From Mobula hypostoma (taxonomy: Eukaryota), in NCBI RefSeq assembly GCF_963921235.1, contig NC_086097.1, positions 122,204,001-122,268,000 on the forward strand: DNA of 64,000 nucleotides. The letters run 5' to 3'. Shown one piece after another: positions 1 through 11,866 of this stretch. The notes under the pieces are model-generated. The model did no database searches. It had not been told where the DNA came from and saw only the letters and a program-made list of their open reading frames with translations. Both the position numbers and the translations under genes were made by a program. Positions within the stretch are counted from its first letter, which is position 1, and each line of letters starts with the position of its first letter.

Positions 1-218
1 AGCGATGACTGAATTTCTCATACAAATGGATCAAAAACTAGTGTATTACGTCAAAACAAGAGACATTGCCATGGGATGAACAACATGACTACTACAATTC
101 TACCTCTACAGTCGGATGAGGGAGGAGCTGACTAGCACAGATCAGGAACACAGGCCTTATGGTGGGACATTCGAGTAATGGAAGACCTTCAAAGAGATTT
201 TTCATTGTGCTCAACAAA

Positions 219-1500
219 AGCAAAGTTCAAAGTTCAAAGTATATTTATTATCAAGGTAGATATATGTCACCATATACAACCCTGAGATTCATTTTCTTGC
301 AGATATACTCAATAAATCCAGTAACCATAATAGAATTAATGGAAGGCCATACCTACAGGGCGGACAACCACTGTTCAAAAGACAGCAAATTGTACAAATC
401 CAAAAAGAGAAAAAAAGAAATAACAATAATAGCAATAATAATAATAATAAAATAATTATAATAATAATAATTATAAAATAAGTAAGCAATGAATTTCAAC
501 AACATGAGATAACGAGTCCTTGAAAGTGACTCCATAGATTTTTGGATAAGTTCAGTGATGGGGCAAATGAAGTCAAGTGAAGTTATCCCCTGTGGTTCAA
601 GAACCAGATGTTTGATAGGTAATAACTGTTCCTGAACCTGATGGTGTGAGTCCTGAGGCTCCTGTGCCTTCTCCTTAATGGCAGCAGCGAGAAGGGAGCA
701 TGATCTGGGTGGTGGGGGACCCTGATGATGGATTCTGGTTTCCTGAGACAATACAGATGTGCTCAATGATAAGGAGGGCTTTACCCATGACAGGCTTGGC
801 CATATCCACTACTTTTTGCAGGATTTTCCGTTCAAGGGCTTTGGTGTTTCCATACCAGGCTGTGATGCAGCCAGTTAATATACTCTCCACCACTGTCAAA
901 GTTTTAGCTGGCATGCAGAATCTTCACAAACTTCTAAGAAAGTAAAAATCCTGCCATGCTTTCTTCGTAATTGCACTTGCATACATACTGGGCCCAGGAC
1001 AGGTTTCTGAAATCATGATGCCGAGGAGTTTAAAGTTGCTGACCCTCTCACCTCTGATTCCCCCCGATGAGGACTGGCTCATGGACCTCTGGTTTGCTCC
1101 TTCTGAAATCAGTAGTCAGCTCCTTGGTCTTGCTGACATTGAGTAACTGTTTGTTGTTGTGGCACCACTGAGCCAGGTTTTCAATCTCCCTCCTACATGC
1201 TGATTTGTCATCCTCTTTGATTCAGCCAATGACAGCGCTGTTGTCAGCAAACTTAAATATAGTATTGGATCTGTGTTTAGCCACATGGTCATAAGTATAA
1301 AGCGAGTAGAGCAGGGGGCTGAGCACACAGCCATGTGGTGCATCTGTGCTCATGGAGATTGTGGAGGAGGTGTTGGTGCCAATCCAAACTGACTAGGGTC
1401 TGCAAGTGAGGAAATGGAGGATCCAATTGCACTGGGCAGATTTAGGCCAAGGCCTTGAAGTTTATTGAATGCTGAGCTGTAGTCAATAAAGATCACCCTG
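219..1500 (-). mobile_element. Rex1/Babar-like LINE, degenerate 3' portion (RT C-terminus and 3' UTR with (TAA)n tract and (CTTTGAA)n tail)
   Basis: The minus strand gives 'VVESILTGCITAWYGN', typical of the Rex1-type ORF2 C-terminus, plus a KFADN remnant (aagtttgctgacaac) near 1240-1255. The tail reads aaagttcaaagttcaaag on + at 219-240. Boundaries are approximate. Confidence 0.8.
416..482. repeat. (AAT)n microsatellite within the LINE 3' UTR
   Basis: Imperfect aataataat run seen directly. Confidence 0.9.
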
Positions 1501-2030
1501 ATGCTCTTTATTCCAGTTAAAAGCAAGGACAGTAAGGGTGGGGAAAGCCAGCCTTGGATAACTAAGGAATAAAAGAAGACATCAAGCCAAATGTTCTTGC
1601 AAAGTCACTAAGAGTAGTGGCAAATGGAGATATGGAAAAGTTTAAAAAGCAATAAGGAACCACTAACCAAGCAATAAGAAAGGGGTGTTAGATTATGAAA
1701 GTAAACTAGCACAAAATAAAAAAAGCAGATAGCAGAAGTTTTTTTATAATGATATAAAGTGGAAAAGAGTGGCTAAAGTAAACATACATCCTTTGGAAAA
1801 TGAGAAGGGGAAATTAAAATTGTGTAATGTGGAAATGGCTGAAGCCTTGGATGACTATCTTGGTGAAGAGTACGTCTCGCATACCAAAGAGAGATGTTAT
1901 GGATGCGATAGGAGGTACTGAAAGAAATTAAAGCTGTTTTTGTGATAATTTACCAAAATGCTCTGGACTCTGGACAGGTCCCGGCAGATTGGAAGTCAGC
2001 GAATATTATGTCACTGTTGTAAGATTGGAA
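1500..2030 (+). mobile_element. Old CR1 ORF2 internal fragments
   Basis: Remnants of PWITK (ccttggataactaag) and IIYQNALDSGQVPADWKSANI, homologous to the intact CR1 at 40-42 kb. Many stops and deletions. Confidence 0.7.
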
Positions 2031-2069
2031 ATAAAATCCCCTATTGATTGACAATCAACACAGGCTCAC

Positions 2070-2886
2070 CATGAAGATATGTGCCGAGCCCAATGCTGTA
2101 CTCTCTACACTCATGACTGCATGGTTAGACACAGCTCAAGAGCCATCTTGACACAACTGTTTTTGGCAGAATCTTAGACAGTGATGAGGAGGCATATACA
2201 GCAGTGAGATACAGCAGCTAGACGAGTGGTGCCACAGCAGTAACATTGCACTCAACATCAGGAAGACCAAAGAATTGATTGTGGACTTTAGGAAGGGGAA
2301 GTTGGGAGAACAGACAACAGTCTTCATCAAGCAGTCAGCAATGGAAATATAAGCAACTTCAAGTTCCTGGGCATTGACATCTCAGAGGATCGATCCTGGT
2401 CCCAATATATTGGTGTAATCTGGAAAAAGGCATGCTGTACTTCATTAAGAGTTTGAGTAGATTCAAAGACTCAAGCAGATTTCTACAGATTGTGAAGAGC
2501 ATTTTGATTGGTTGTATCACCATCTGCTCCAATGCATCATGGGCAATGTCCTCCTCACCAATGAGGGCACCTTCAAAAGACAGTGTTCATCATTAAAGGT
2601 CCTTAACATCCAGGACATGCCTTCTTCTCATTACTACAGGAGGAACAAGAGCCTGAAGACAAACACTCAATATTTTAGGAACAGCTTCATCCCCTCCATC
2701 ATCAGATTTTTGAATGGTTGATAAATCTGCACCACCTTGCTCTCCTTTTGCATTATTTATTTACTTTATGGATTTGTTATTGCAACTGAAAATAATTTTT
2801 AACATAACGCATTATGCTGCTGAAATTAAACCACAAATTCCATGACCCCTGTCAGTAATAATAATTAACCTGATTCTGATTCTGAA
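2070..2886 (+). mobile_element. Degenerate Rex1-like LINE 3' fragment with (CTGATT)n tail
   Basis: Reads NIRKTKELIVDFRK and FRNSFIPSIIRFLN, and ends in cctgattctgattctga. Confidence 0.7.
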
Positions 2887-2887
2887 A

Positions 2888-3290
2888 ACCAGAAGAATGA
2901 AAGGGGATCTTATAGAAACATGCAGAATTATGAAAGGGCTAGATATGAAAGAGGCAGGAAAGCTGCTTCCACTGGCGAGTGAGGTTAGAACTAGAGGACA
3001 TAGCCTCTCGATTCAGGGGAATATATTTAGGACCGAGATGAGGAGAAATTGTTTTTCCTGGAGAATTTCTCTGAATTCTCTGCCCACAGAAGCGGTAGGG
3101 TCTCAATAAATATATTTAAGACACAGTTAAATAGTTTTTTACTCCACAGGGAAATTAAGGGTTATCGGAAAAGGCAGGTCGCTGGAGATGAGCCCATGGC
3201 CAGATCAGCCATGATCTTATTAAATGGCAGAGCAGGCCCGACAGGCCAGATGGACGACTCCTGCTCCTATTTCTTACGTTCATATGTTAA
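2888..3290 (+). mobile_element. CR1 LINE 3' end fragment
   Basis: ORF 2897-3109 'MKGDLIETCRIMKGLD...RTRGHSL' matches the C-terminus of the CR1 ORF at 40411-42675. Confidence 0.8.
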
Positions 3291-3477
3291 GTTCTTAAAA
3301 AATAACATCCATGCCTGCTGTAAATCAGAACTATTCAATTTCGGAGGGTGCATGATGGTCCGCAGTAAAATTGTAGTAGCAATCTTAATATCATATTAAA
3401 AGAGTAGGGGAGTACACACAGCATTATGTTATGGGTCAAATAATCTACCTTTGTGACGTTGGTTGAGAGATAGTTAT

Positions 3478-4010
3478 CAGAATCAGTATCAGGTTTATTA
3501 CTACTGATATATGATGTGTAAGTTCTTGTTTTGTGGCAGTAGTACAGTGCAATACATAAAGCACACTATAAATTATGATAAATATGTAAAAATATGAAGT
3601 GAAAACTAAGAGAGCAAAACTGTGAGGTAGTGTTCATGGGTTCCTGGACTGTTCAGAAATCTGATGGCGGAGGGGAGAAAGCTGTTGCTAAAATGTTGAG
3701 TGCATGTCTTCAGGCCCCTGTGCCTCCTCCCTGCTGGTAGTAATGAGAAGAGGGCATCATGGGTAGTGGGAGCCCCTAATGATAGAGGCCACCCTTTCTG
3801 AGGCATCACCTTTCAAAGGTGTCCTCGATGTCGGTGAGTCTAGCGCCCGTAATGCAGCTGGGTGTGTTCACAACCACCTGCAGTTTTTTCTCATCTTGTG
3901 CAGTGACCACTCCCCCTACCAAACAGTAATGTAACCAGTTCGAAAGCCCTCTATGGTCCATCTGTAGAATTTTATCAGGATCTTTGATGACATAATAAAT
4001 CTCCCCGAAT
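3478..4010 (-). mobile_element. Rex1-like LINE 3' fragment
   Basis: 'LFSLLPAGRRHRGLKTCTQHFSNSFLPSAIRFLN'; the tail reads cagaatcag on +. Confidence 0.75.
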
Positions 4011-4494
4011 AACAGGTGGCACTTCCTCTGTTCCTCATTGAATAAAGTGTTTCTTGCATCAGCTCAGCAGGCAGATGGGACCATAGTTTAATGAATTATC
4101 CAAACAATGGAAGTTAAAAAATTACAACCTTCCCTATGCAGAGCATCGATCCAGATTTTCTGCTCAAGTCTGTGGAGATTTGAGCCCTTAGCTCAACACC
4201 ATAAAAGGCGCAACAGTATACTTCTGTCATGCACCTGTCTTAAACCATGCAAATGTATAATTAAAAAAATATTTGGCATTATTTGCAAAACTGAAAACAA
4301 TAATGTTAACTTGTTGCCAGAAGTGTTGGTGTACATGCATATTGGTGTCAGCCAGTGAGAACAGCGAGAAGAGTTTAAAAGAAGACGATTATTTCTTCAT
4401 CGGTTTGGTCGGGGCACGACTGTGCAAGTGCGTGGACGCCAGCCAGGGCGAAGAGCGAGAAGAGTTTAAAAGGAGACAGCCTTATAGAGCTTCA

Positions 4495-6176
4495 ATATTC
4501 AGGGTCCTGGCGATTGTAGGGATGACTTACAGTGGACTGAAAAGCTTGAGAATGTAGATATTAAGGAAGAGGATGTGCTGGAGCTTTTGGAAAGCATCAA
4601 GTTGGATAAGTCACCAGGACCAGACGAGATGGACCCCAGGCTACTGTGGGAGGTGAGGGAGGAGATTGCTGAGCCTCTGGCAATGGTCTTTGCATCATCA
4701 ATGGGGAGGGGAGAGGTTCCAGAGGATTGGAGGGTTGCGGATGTTGTTCCATTATTCAAGAAAGGGAGTGGAGATAGCCCAGAAAATTACAGACCAGTGA
4801 GTCTTACTTCAGTGGTTGGTAAGTTGATGGACAAGATTCTGAGAAGCAGGATTTATGAACATTTGGAGAAGTATAATATGATTAGGAATAGTCAGCATGG
4901 CTTTGTCAAAGGCAGGTTGTGCCTTATGAGCCTGATTGAATTTATTGAGGATGTGACAAAACATATTGATGAAGGTAGAGCAGTAGATGTAGTGTATATG
5001 GATTCAGCAAGACATTTGACAAGGTACCTCATGCAAGGCCTATTGAGAAAGTATGGAGGCATGGGATCCAAGTGAACATTGCTTTATGGATCCAGAACTG
5101 GCTTGCCCACAGAAGGCAAAGAGTGGTTGTAGATGGGTCATACTCTGCATGGAGGTCAGTGACCAGTGGTGTGCCTCAGCGATCTGTTCTGGGACCTGCT
5201 ACTCTTTGTGATTTTTATAAATGATCCGGATGAGGAAGTGGAGTGATGGGTTAGTAAATTTGCTGATGACGCAAAGGTTGGGGGTGTTGTGGATAGTGTG
5301 GAGGGCTGTCAGAGGTTACAGCAGGGCATTGATAGAATGCAAAACTGGGCTGAGAAGTGGCAGATGGAGTTCAATCCAGATAAGTGTGGGGTGGTTCATT
5401 TTGGTAGGTGAAATATGATGACAGAATATAGTATTAATGGTAAAACACTTAGCAGTGTGGAGGATCAGAGGGATCTTGGGGTCTGAGTCCATAAGACACT
5501 CAAAGCTGCTGCGCAGGTTGACTCTATGGTTAAGAAAGCAAACGGTGGATTGGTCTTCATCAATTGTGGGATTGAATTTAGTAGCTGAGAGGTAATGTTG
5601 CAGCTATATCGGACCCTGGTCAGACCCCGCTTGGGGTATTGTGCTCAGTTCTAGTCGCTTCACTATAGGAAGGATGTGGAAACCATAGAAAGTGTGCAGA
5701 GGAGATTTGCAAGGATGTTGCCTGATTTGGGGAGCATGCCTTATGAGAATAGGTTGAGTGAACTTGGCCTTTTTTCCTTGGAGTGACGGAGGATGAGCGG
5801 TGAACTGACAGAGGTTTATAAGATGATGAGAGGCATTGATCATGTGGATAGTCAGAGGCATTTTACTAGGGATGGAATGGCTAGCACAAGAGGGCACAGT
5901 TCTAAGGTTCTTGGAAGTAGGTACAGAGGAGAAATTAGGTGTAAGTTTTTTACGCAGAGAGTGGTGCGTGCGTGGAATGGGCTGCTGGCAACGGTGGTGG
6001 AAGCCGATATGATAGGGTCTTTTAAGAGACTCCTGGACAGGTACATCGAGCTCAGGAAAATAGAGGGCTATGGGTAACCCTAGGTAATTTCTAAGGTAAG
6101 GACACGCTTGGCACAGATTTGTTAGCTGAAAGGCCTGTATTGTGCTGTAGCTTTCCTTATGTTTCTATGTTTCTAT
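4495..6176 (+). mobile_element. CR1 LINE, 5'-truncated, RT pseudogene with frameshifts and stops
   Basis: KSPGPD, NYRPVSLTSVVGK, QHGFVKGR, VDVVYMD and KFADD (aaatttgctgatgac near 5257) motifs. C-terminal 'TRGHS...FFTQRVV'. Tail (TTTCTATG)n at about 6160-6176. Confidence 0.92.
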
Positions 6177-6298
6177 CTTCCATCCTGATCCTCAGAATCA
6201 GGTTTATTATCACTGATGTACAGTCAAGAAATTTGTTGCTTTGCACCAGCAGCACATAAAACATACTATAAATAACAATAAGATACACTGTATAATTA

Positions 6299-6850
6299 TA
6301 TAACGCCCTGGGAAAGGTTTCACTGCTAATGTAATGGTTTTCCTGTAGCAGCAGTGTCTGGGTTATGGCGAGAGATAACAGGGGCTTTGGAATATGTGGT
6401 ATCCAATGACGGGAGTGTGTTTTCTTGTTGTCTGCCTGAGAACGAGGTGATCTGGGTCTTTTGTTCGGCGAGAGATGAAGAGAGGAGAGGCCGTAGACAG
6501 CAGGATGGAGTGGGGCCGTGAGTCAACGAGACCCGGGGAAATCGATAGGAGGACCAACGGAAGGGAAACTGTGAGCTCCAACGCGCGCATTAGACTGTTT
6601 CATTAAAATGGGCCCTTTTCTTTCTGTTTTTCTTTACTAACCCTTCGGTCAAATTAAGAACTAAAGAGCTAAATTGTTTAATCACATATGGTGTACTTTC
6701 TGTTATTTCATAGTACTGATTTGTAATGGGGGAACAGATTACCCAGCATCCACACAAAAAAGAGGTTTAGCGCCTCAGATTTCACGCATTTGGCGGGGCC
6801 AGAGACTGTCTTCCCTGGACTAATGCCGCTGGCCGAACCCGAGGGTTACA
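6299..6850 (+). mobile_element. Solo LTR (LTR retrotransposon, probably Gypsy-type) with 4-bp TSD ATTA
   Basis: Termini are TATAAC (mutated TGTAAC) and GTTACA. ATTA is present at 6295-6298 and 6851-6854. It interrupts a Rex1-like 3' fragment (6193-6298 and 6855-7040). Strand is inferred. Confidence 0.8.
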
Positions 6851-7745
6851 ATTAAATAGCAAAAAGTGAGTGAAAATAGTGAAGTAGTGTTCATGGGTTT
6901 ATTGACCACTCAGAAATCTGATGGTGGAGGGGAGGAAGGTGATCTTTAAACATTGAGGGTAGATCTTCAGGCTCTTGTACCTCCTCCCTGTTGGTAGTAA
7001 TGAAAAATGTTCTGACTGGTGGGGGTCCTTAATGATGGATGGAGTGGATGGATATCATTAAAGTGGAAACTTGCTGTCACAGATTCATACACAACATGGT
7101 CTTACTCTGACAGAAAAGTTCTACTTCTGGTTTGACAACCCCCTTGCATGTGGAGAGAAATATTAATGAAGGAATATATAAAACCTCCCATGACATTATA
7201 CTTCTGCAGAGATCCTGCCAAAAAATAATACTATCCCCCCACCAATCTTCATATCTCCAGGGTTTTACAAACTTACATGGAACTCCTGAAGGTTTGCTAA
7301 CTTTCTAGATTTCAAGAGAAACAAAATCAATTCTGTGACAGTTGCAGTGGTGCTTGGCATAAACAATGCAGAGCTACCCAATCATTATATTTACAATCTG
7401 GTGACATAAATGCATGTATTTCTGAGAAAGCTGACGTATACTGGAGTTGATAAGGATGAATTATTTTATCCATCTGTTAAAATTTTGCCTGCATTCCAAT
7501 CACATGCTACATTCATCCGAGAAAACATCTCGGTTAGAATATTTATACCTTAACTCTTTTGCCTTCCACCTCTGCACCAGCCTCCCTCTCCCATGCACTA
7601 ACCGAAACAATGAGAGATTTCTGACTTACAGTCTCCTCGACATAAATCACCACATAATTTGGCCACCAATTGACTGTGCACTCAGTAGCAATGACCGCCA
7701 GCTCACTTCCAAACTCTGTTCCAATTTATGGTTACAATAATTTCT

Positions 7746-8200
7746 AAGACCAAGTACTCTGAACTGGCAACGGAAGCTGTCCAGAATGGCTGGAAGACCA
7801 AGAATTTTCCCTGTAGAAGTGGGATGCAGGCGGTTCCTTGCTACATCTACGACCAGTCTATTGAAGAAGATGGGGGTGAGGGGTCACTCCCTCCAACAAG
7901 CAATCAAGTCCTTGTCAAATGCAGCAGAAGAAAGCAGCAATTGAATTTGGATTGAAAGGAAAGACAACAACTGGGCTGCAAGATGAAGACAGGAGGATAT
8001 GGAACTGAGGGGGGTGTATCTGGGACGCCAGGTAGCACCGTTGAGCCCTCTGGAGATGTCGGGGGCTTATCAACGAAACGTCAAAGAAGGAGGGTGCCCA
8101 CCTGATGACCCCGATGACGTACCTACCCTCCCTCCTTGTCACCAATCCAAATTCACTGCCAACATCGAGAGTGCCAACTTACCATAGAGATTGAAATATC
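7746..8200 (+). mobile_element. HERO-like (R2 group, restriction-like endonuclease) non-LTR retrotransposon 3' end
   Basis: With one frameshift it reads KTKYSELATEAVQNGWKT/RIFPVEVGCRRFLATSTTSLLKKMGVRG...AAEESSN*IWIERKDNNWAAR*. The KY...PVEVGCRGF...W-W pattern is characteristic of HERO-clade C-termini. The 3' boundary is approximate. Confidence 0.75.
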
Positions 8201-8364
8201 AAGTCCTAGTAGCTCTACTAAATTTCTACCAAGCCGTCTAATCAAGAAATCAGAACAGAAAATGGTGGGAAAGCTCAACAGGTCAGTCAGTATCTAGAGA
8301 ACAAGAAACAACTAATATTTCCCGCCTATATTCCAATACAAAGTTCAAAGTCTGGTGACATATA

Positions 8365-9185
8365 CAGGAGTTCCCAGCTTTTCGAACGTTCGCTTTATGA
8401 AACCTCACTGTTACAAAAAACCTACATTAGTTCCCTGTTTTCACTAACAGAAGGTGTTTTCACTGTTACGAAAAAAATCAGCGTGCAATAAAAAATCAGC
8501 GCATGAAAAAATCAGCCCGCGCCCCGAGCAGCCGCTTTCCCCCGGATTCGGAACGACATTCTCGCCGGCATGCTTAAACACGTGCGTGTGAGTAGCCATT
8601 TGCAAGATGAGTTCTAAGATATCGGAAAAGCCTAAAGGAGCTCGTAAGAGTGTTACACTTAGCGTAAAACTAGACATAATTAAGCGTTTCAATTGTGGTG
8701 AACGAAGTAAGGACAACGTTAGTTTGGCTTGTGGAAGCTGACGAAGATGATGTCGAAGAGGTTTTGGCATCCCATGACCAAACATTGATAGATGAAGAGC
8801 TGATGCAATTGGAAGAGGAAAGGATAACAATTGAAACCGAATGCAGTAGCAAACTGAACGTGAAGCAACTGCGTGAGATTTTCACTGCAATGATAAAAGT
8901 ATGACTTTAATTTTGAAAGGGTACGTAGATTTAGGGGATATTTGCAGGATGGTTTGAGTGCTTACAAAGAACTGTATGATAGAAAAATGCGCGAGGTCCA
9001 GCAGTCAAGCAAGACTTCCACATCAGCAACAGTAGACGACGAACCTTGACCTTCGACATCGAGGCGGGCAGTCATAGGAGAAGATGAGCTGCCTGCCCTA
9101 ATGGAAACAGACAACGACTAGATGACACCTCAGTGTCCCACGACCCCAACCCCCAGGCTGCGGATGGATACCGATTCGCGGAGAG
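8365..9185 (+). mobile_element. Tigger/pogo-like DNA transposon derivative, internally deleted, right end missing
   Basis: TA|CAGGAGTTCCC left end. ATG at 8607 gives MSSKISEKPKGARKSVTLSVKLDIIKRFNCGE (CENP-B/psq-type HTH start), which jumps to the C-terminal 'DEDDVEEVLASHDQTLIDEELMQLEEE...AYKELY'. The DDE domain is absent. Confidence 0.75.
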
Positions 9186-9422
9186 CAGCCCTCTTCTCAC
9201 TGCTGTCATTGGGAAGCAGGAATAGGAGCCTCAGTTCCCACACCACTAGGTTCAGGAACAGGTATTAACCTTTAACCTTCTGCCTCTTGAATTAGCAACA
9301 AAGATAGGTAGGGGAGAAACCAGGCTTGCAAGGGCTGGTTATGATCACCCAATAAGATGTCTTCTGTTTTTCAAGATCCATTCATGGCGAGGGTCATGGA
9401 AAAACATCCTCATCACTAATTG

Positions 9423-9522
9423 CCTATCAATCTATCTGTCTATCTATCTTTCTATCCAGCTGTTTGTCTATCTATCTTTCTATCTATCTGCCTTTCTATC
9501 CATCTATCTATCTGTCTATCCA
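9423..9522. repeat. (TCTA)n imperfect microsatellite
   Basis: Seen directly. Confidence 0.9.
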
Positions 9523-9554
9523 TCCATTTGTTTATTTATGTGTGTATTAATTGA

Positions 9555-9760
9555 TAGACACAGTGTAGAACAGGCCCTTCTTACCCTCCTCACTGCACCA
9601 CTTAGCAACCCATTGACTTAACCCCAGCCCAATCACAGGATAATTTAAAATGACCAATTAACCTACTAACTGGAATGTCTTTGGACTGTGGGAGAAAACC
9701 AGAGCACCCTGAGGAAACCCAGATGAACACAAGAACGACATACAAACTTTCTTACAGAAA
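9555..9760 (-). mobile_element. V-domain/HE1-like SINE fragment
   Basis: tctttggactgtgggagaaaaccagagcaccctgaggaaaccc is the reverse complement of the core found in the + copies at 16380 and 43225. Confidence 0.7.
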
Positions 9761-11473
9761 ACTTGATCCTTATTATTCACATAGAAGAACACTACCTATA
9801 ATTATATATTTTCTGAATTATTTGCATTATAAGAAACCCTTTTTAACTTCCTTGGTTTGCACTGACTAGGTGAAGGAGGTTTGTCACTGTAAAACAAAAA
9901 TCCACCTGATTTCTATTCCACGCATTTGAACAGAGAGATAATCAGCTGGTTCTACAATAGGTGGACATTCTGCCGCCAGCTTACTAATGCTGACTATTGA
10001 CTACATGATCCTCAACTAACAGACATAGAAGTGACAGCATCACAGCTGTCATTTGAAGCACATTTTGAAAATTCCCAATATTTGTTAATCTGTTCTTTAG
10101 ATTGAAAAGTTACCCCAGGTATCTGTGTGGGCAGACAGGTATGATAATTGGGTGTAGTTTCAATGTTGCTGAAGGAAATCTATGTGAGGGATTGAAAGTA
10201 CCATTTATTCTCATATGAATCCAGTTCTATTCAATTTGGTCTGCAGAACAGGATAAAGCAAATGCTGCCGTATTGAGAAAGAGATGTTACTATCATGCTC
10301 AGATGTAAAATAGACCAGGGTTCAACAAAGAATAGTTCCTTTTTTCAAGGTTTCTATGCTCATTGTCGTATGTGTTGATAAATTTTACACCTTCATTGCC
10401 AGTGGAACCTCACATGCCATTGGCCTATAATTCACGTTCTCTCTTCCTCCGTTACCTAGGTTACTGAACCACTCTTAAGACCCCATAATTGGCGGAAATT
10501 AGTGCCAAACGAAATATCTACCTCGAAATTAGTGCGAAAGTAATTAGAGAAAATTCTGTACACCAAAAACAAATTATGTAAAGTCTTAGCAAAATTCAGG
10601 CAATGAGAAGAAAGGACTGGTCGTAGGTAAATCCAAAGTCTGAGGAGACATGTAGACATTTTCAGCCAGTGCCAAAGACTTCATTATTTTAGTGGGGAGA
10701 AAGATTCTGCTAACAGAGAGAATAAGAACATGAATTATATGCCTATGGCTTGTGAGGTTCCACCGGTAATAAAAGTGTTGTAACATTTTTCAGCACATCT
10801 ATGACAATGAACTTAAATACCTTAACAGTAAAAATATAGGAAACTGATAGAAGAGGAAAGTGGTCAATAGGAGAAATGAAGGGGGAGGGGCACCTGAGGA
10901 AGGCAATTATCCATTTAAAACACAAGGCTAAAGAGTCCCATTGTTGAAAAAGACAGAGGAAACTTGCATTTCATAAAATATCTATCCAAAATTGCTGGAA
11001 ACATTATTTTCCTTGATGTTTTCATTTCACTAGCAGAAGTGTTAAGGACGTTTGAGGTCTTCCAGTGTTTATCTTTTTTACACAGTGCTCACACTTTTTT
11101 CCAATAACTGGAAATGATCAACTGTGCAAATATATTTTTTATGAAATCCACATTCTGCGAGGCAGGCAGAGGGAAAGTGGCCAAACTTTGATGATTGTTT
11201 TATTGTTAAAAGTTATTGATGGTACAAACATTGCCTGCTGATGAACAATTGTACAGGGAACTGAAGTAACGTTCAGTTGAAAACCATATGATGATTTGTG
11301 GCAACCTCTGAAAAGAGTGAATAATGCTGTCAGAATTTTCTTTTGTGTTCATTTAACAGCAGTTAAATTCAAATGTGCTTTTTAAACATTTGAAACAGAG
11401 GTATTAACCGAAACAATATGTTAGCTCAATAGCAATTGATTTAAAGCACATTGGACACCTGATATGAAACATA

Positions 11474-11701
11474 TAGTCAGTGGCTGCTTTATTAGGTACA
11501 CTTGCAACCAGCACATTATTGCAAATATCTAGCCACGTGGCAGCAACCCAGTGCGTAAAAACATACAGACATCGTCAAGAGATTCATTTGTTTTGCAGAC
11601 CAAACATCAGAATGGGGAAGAATTGTGATCAAAGTGACTTGCACCATAGTTTGAATGTTGGTGCCAGACAGGGTGGTACCTAATAAAGTGGCCACTGAGT
11701 A
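11474..11701 (+). mobile_element. Tc1-like non-autonomous element (short variant), TA flanks
   Basis: TIR-like ends (t)agtcagtggctgctttattaggtac and gtacctaataaagtggccactgagt. It includes the transposase N-terminal remnant MGKNCDQSDL. Confidence 0.85.
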
Positions 11702-11711
11702 TATAGGGCAA

Positions 11712-11866
11712 GAGAATCTGCAGATGCTGTAAATCTGGAATAACACACACAAAATTCAGTAGGTCAAGCTGCATCTGTGGAGAGGAATAAATAGTCAACC
11801 TTTCGAGCCCAGACCCTCCATAGATGCTGCCTGACCTGCTGAGTTCCTCCGGCATTTAGTGTGTTA
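11712..11866. mobile_element. Short palindromic Penelope-derived element (inverted pLTR pieces)
   Basis: ctgcagatgctg...gctgcatctgtggag followed by the inverted ctccatagatgctgcctgacctgctgag. Homologous to the pLTR ends at 52508 and 54404. Confidence 0.7.

Noticed and set aside
1..215. Possible RTE-like LINE remnant at the window edge
   Set aside because: Too degenerate to support from motifs alone.
159..489. ORFs with poly-Ile/poly-Leu apparent transmembrane segments
   Set aside because: These are translations of the (AAT)n microsatellite.
10430..10545. Possible coding exon after the acceptor-like ...ttcctccgttacctAG (VTEPLLRPHNWRKLVPNEISTSKLVR)
   Set aside because: The peptide is unrecognisable, the donor is weak, and no partner exons were found.
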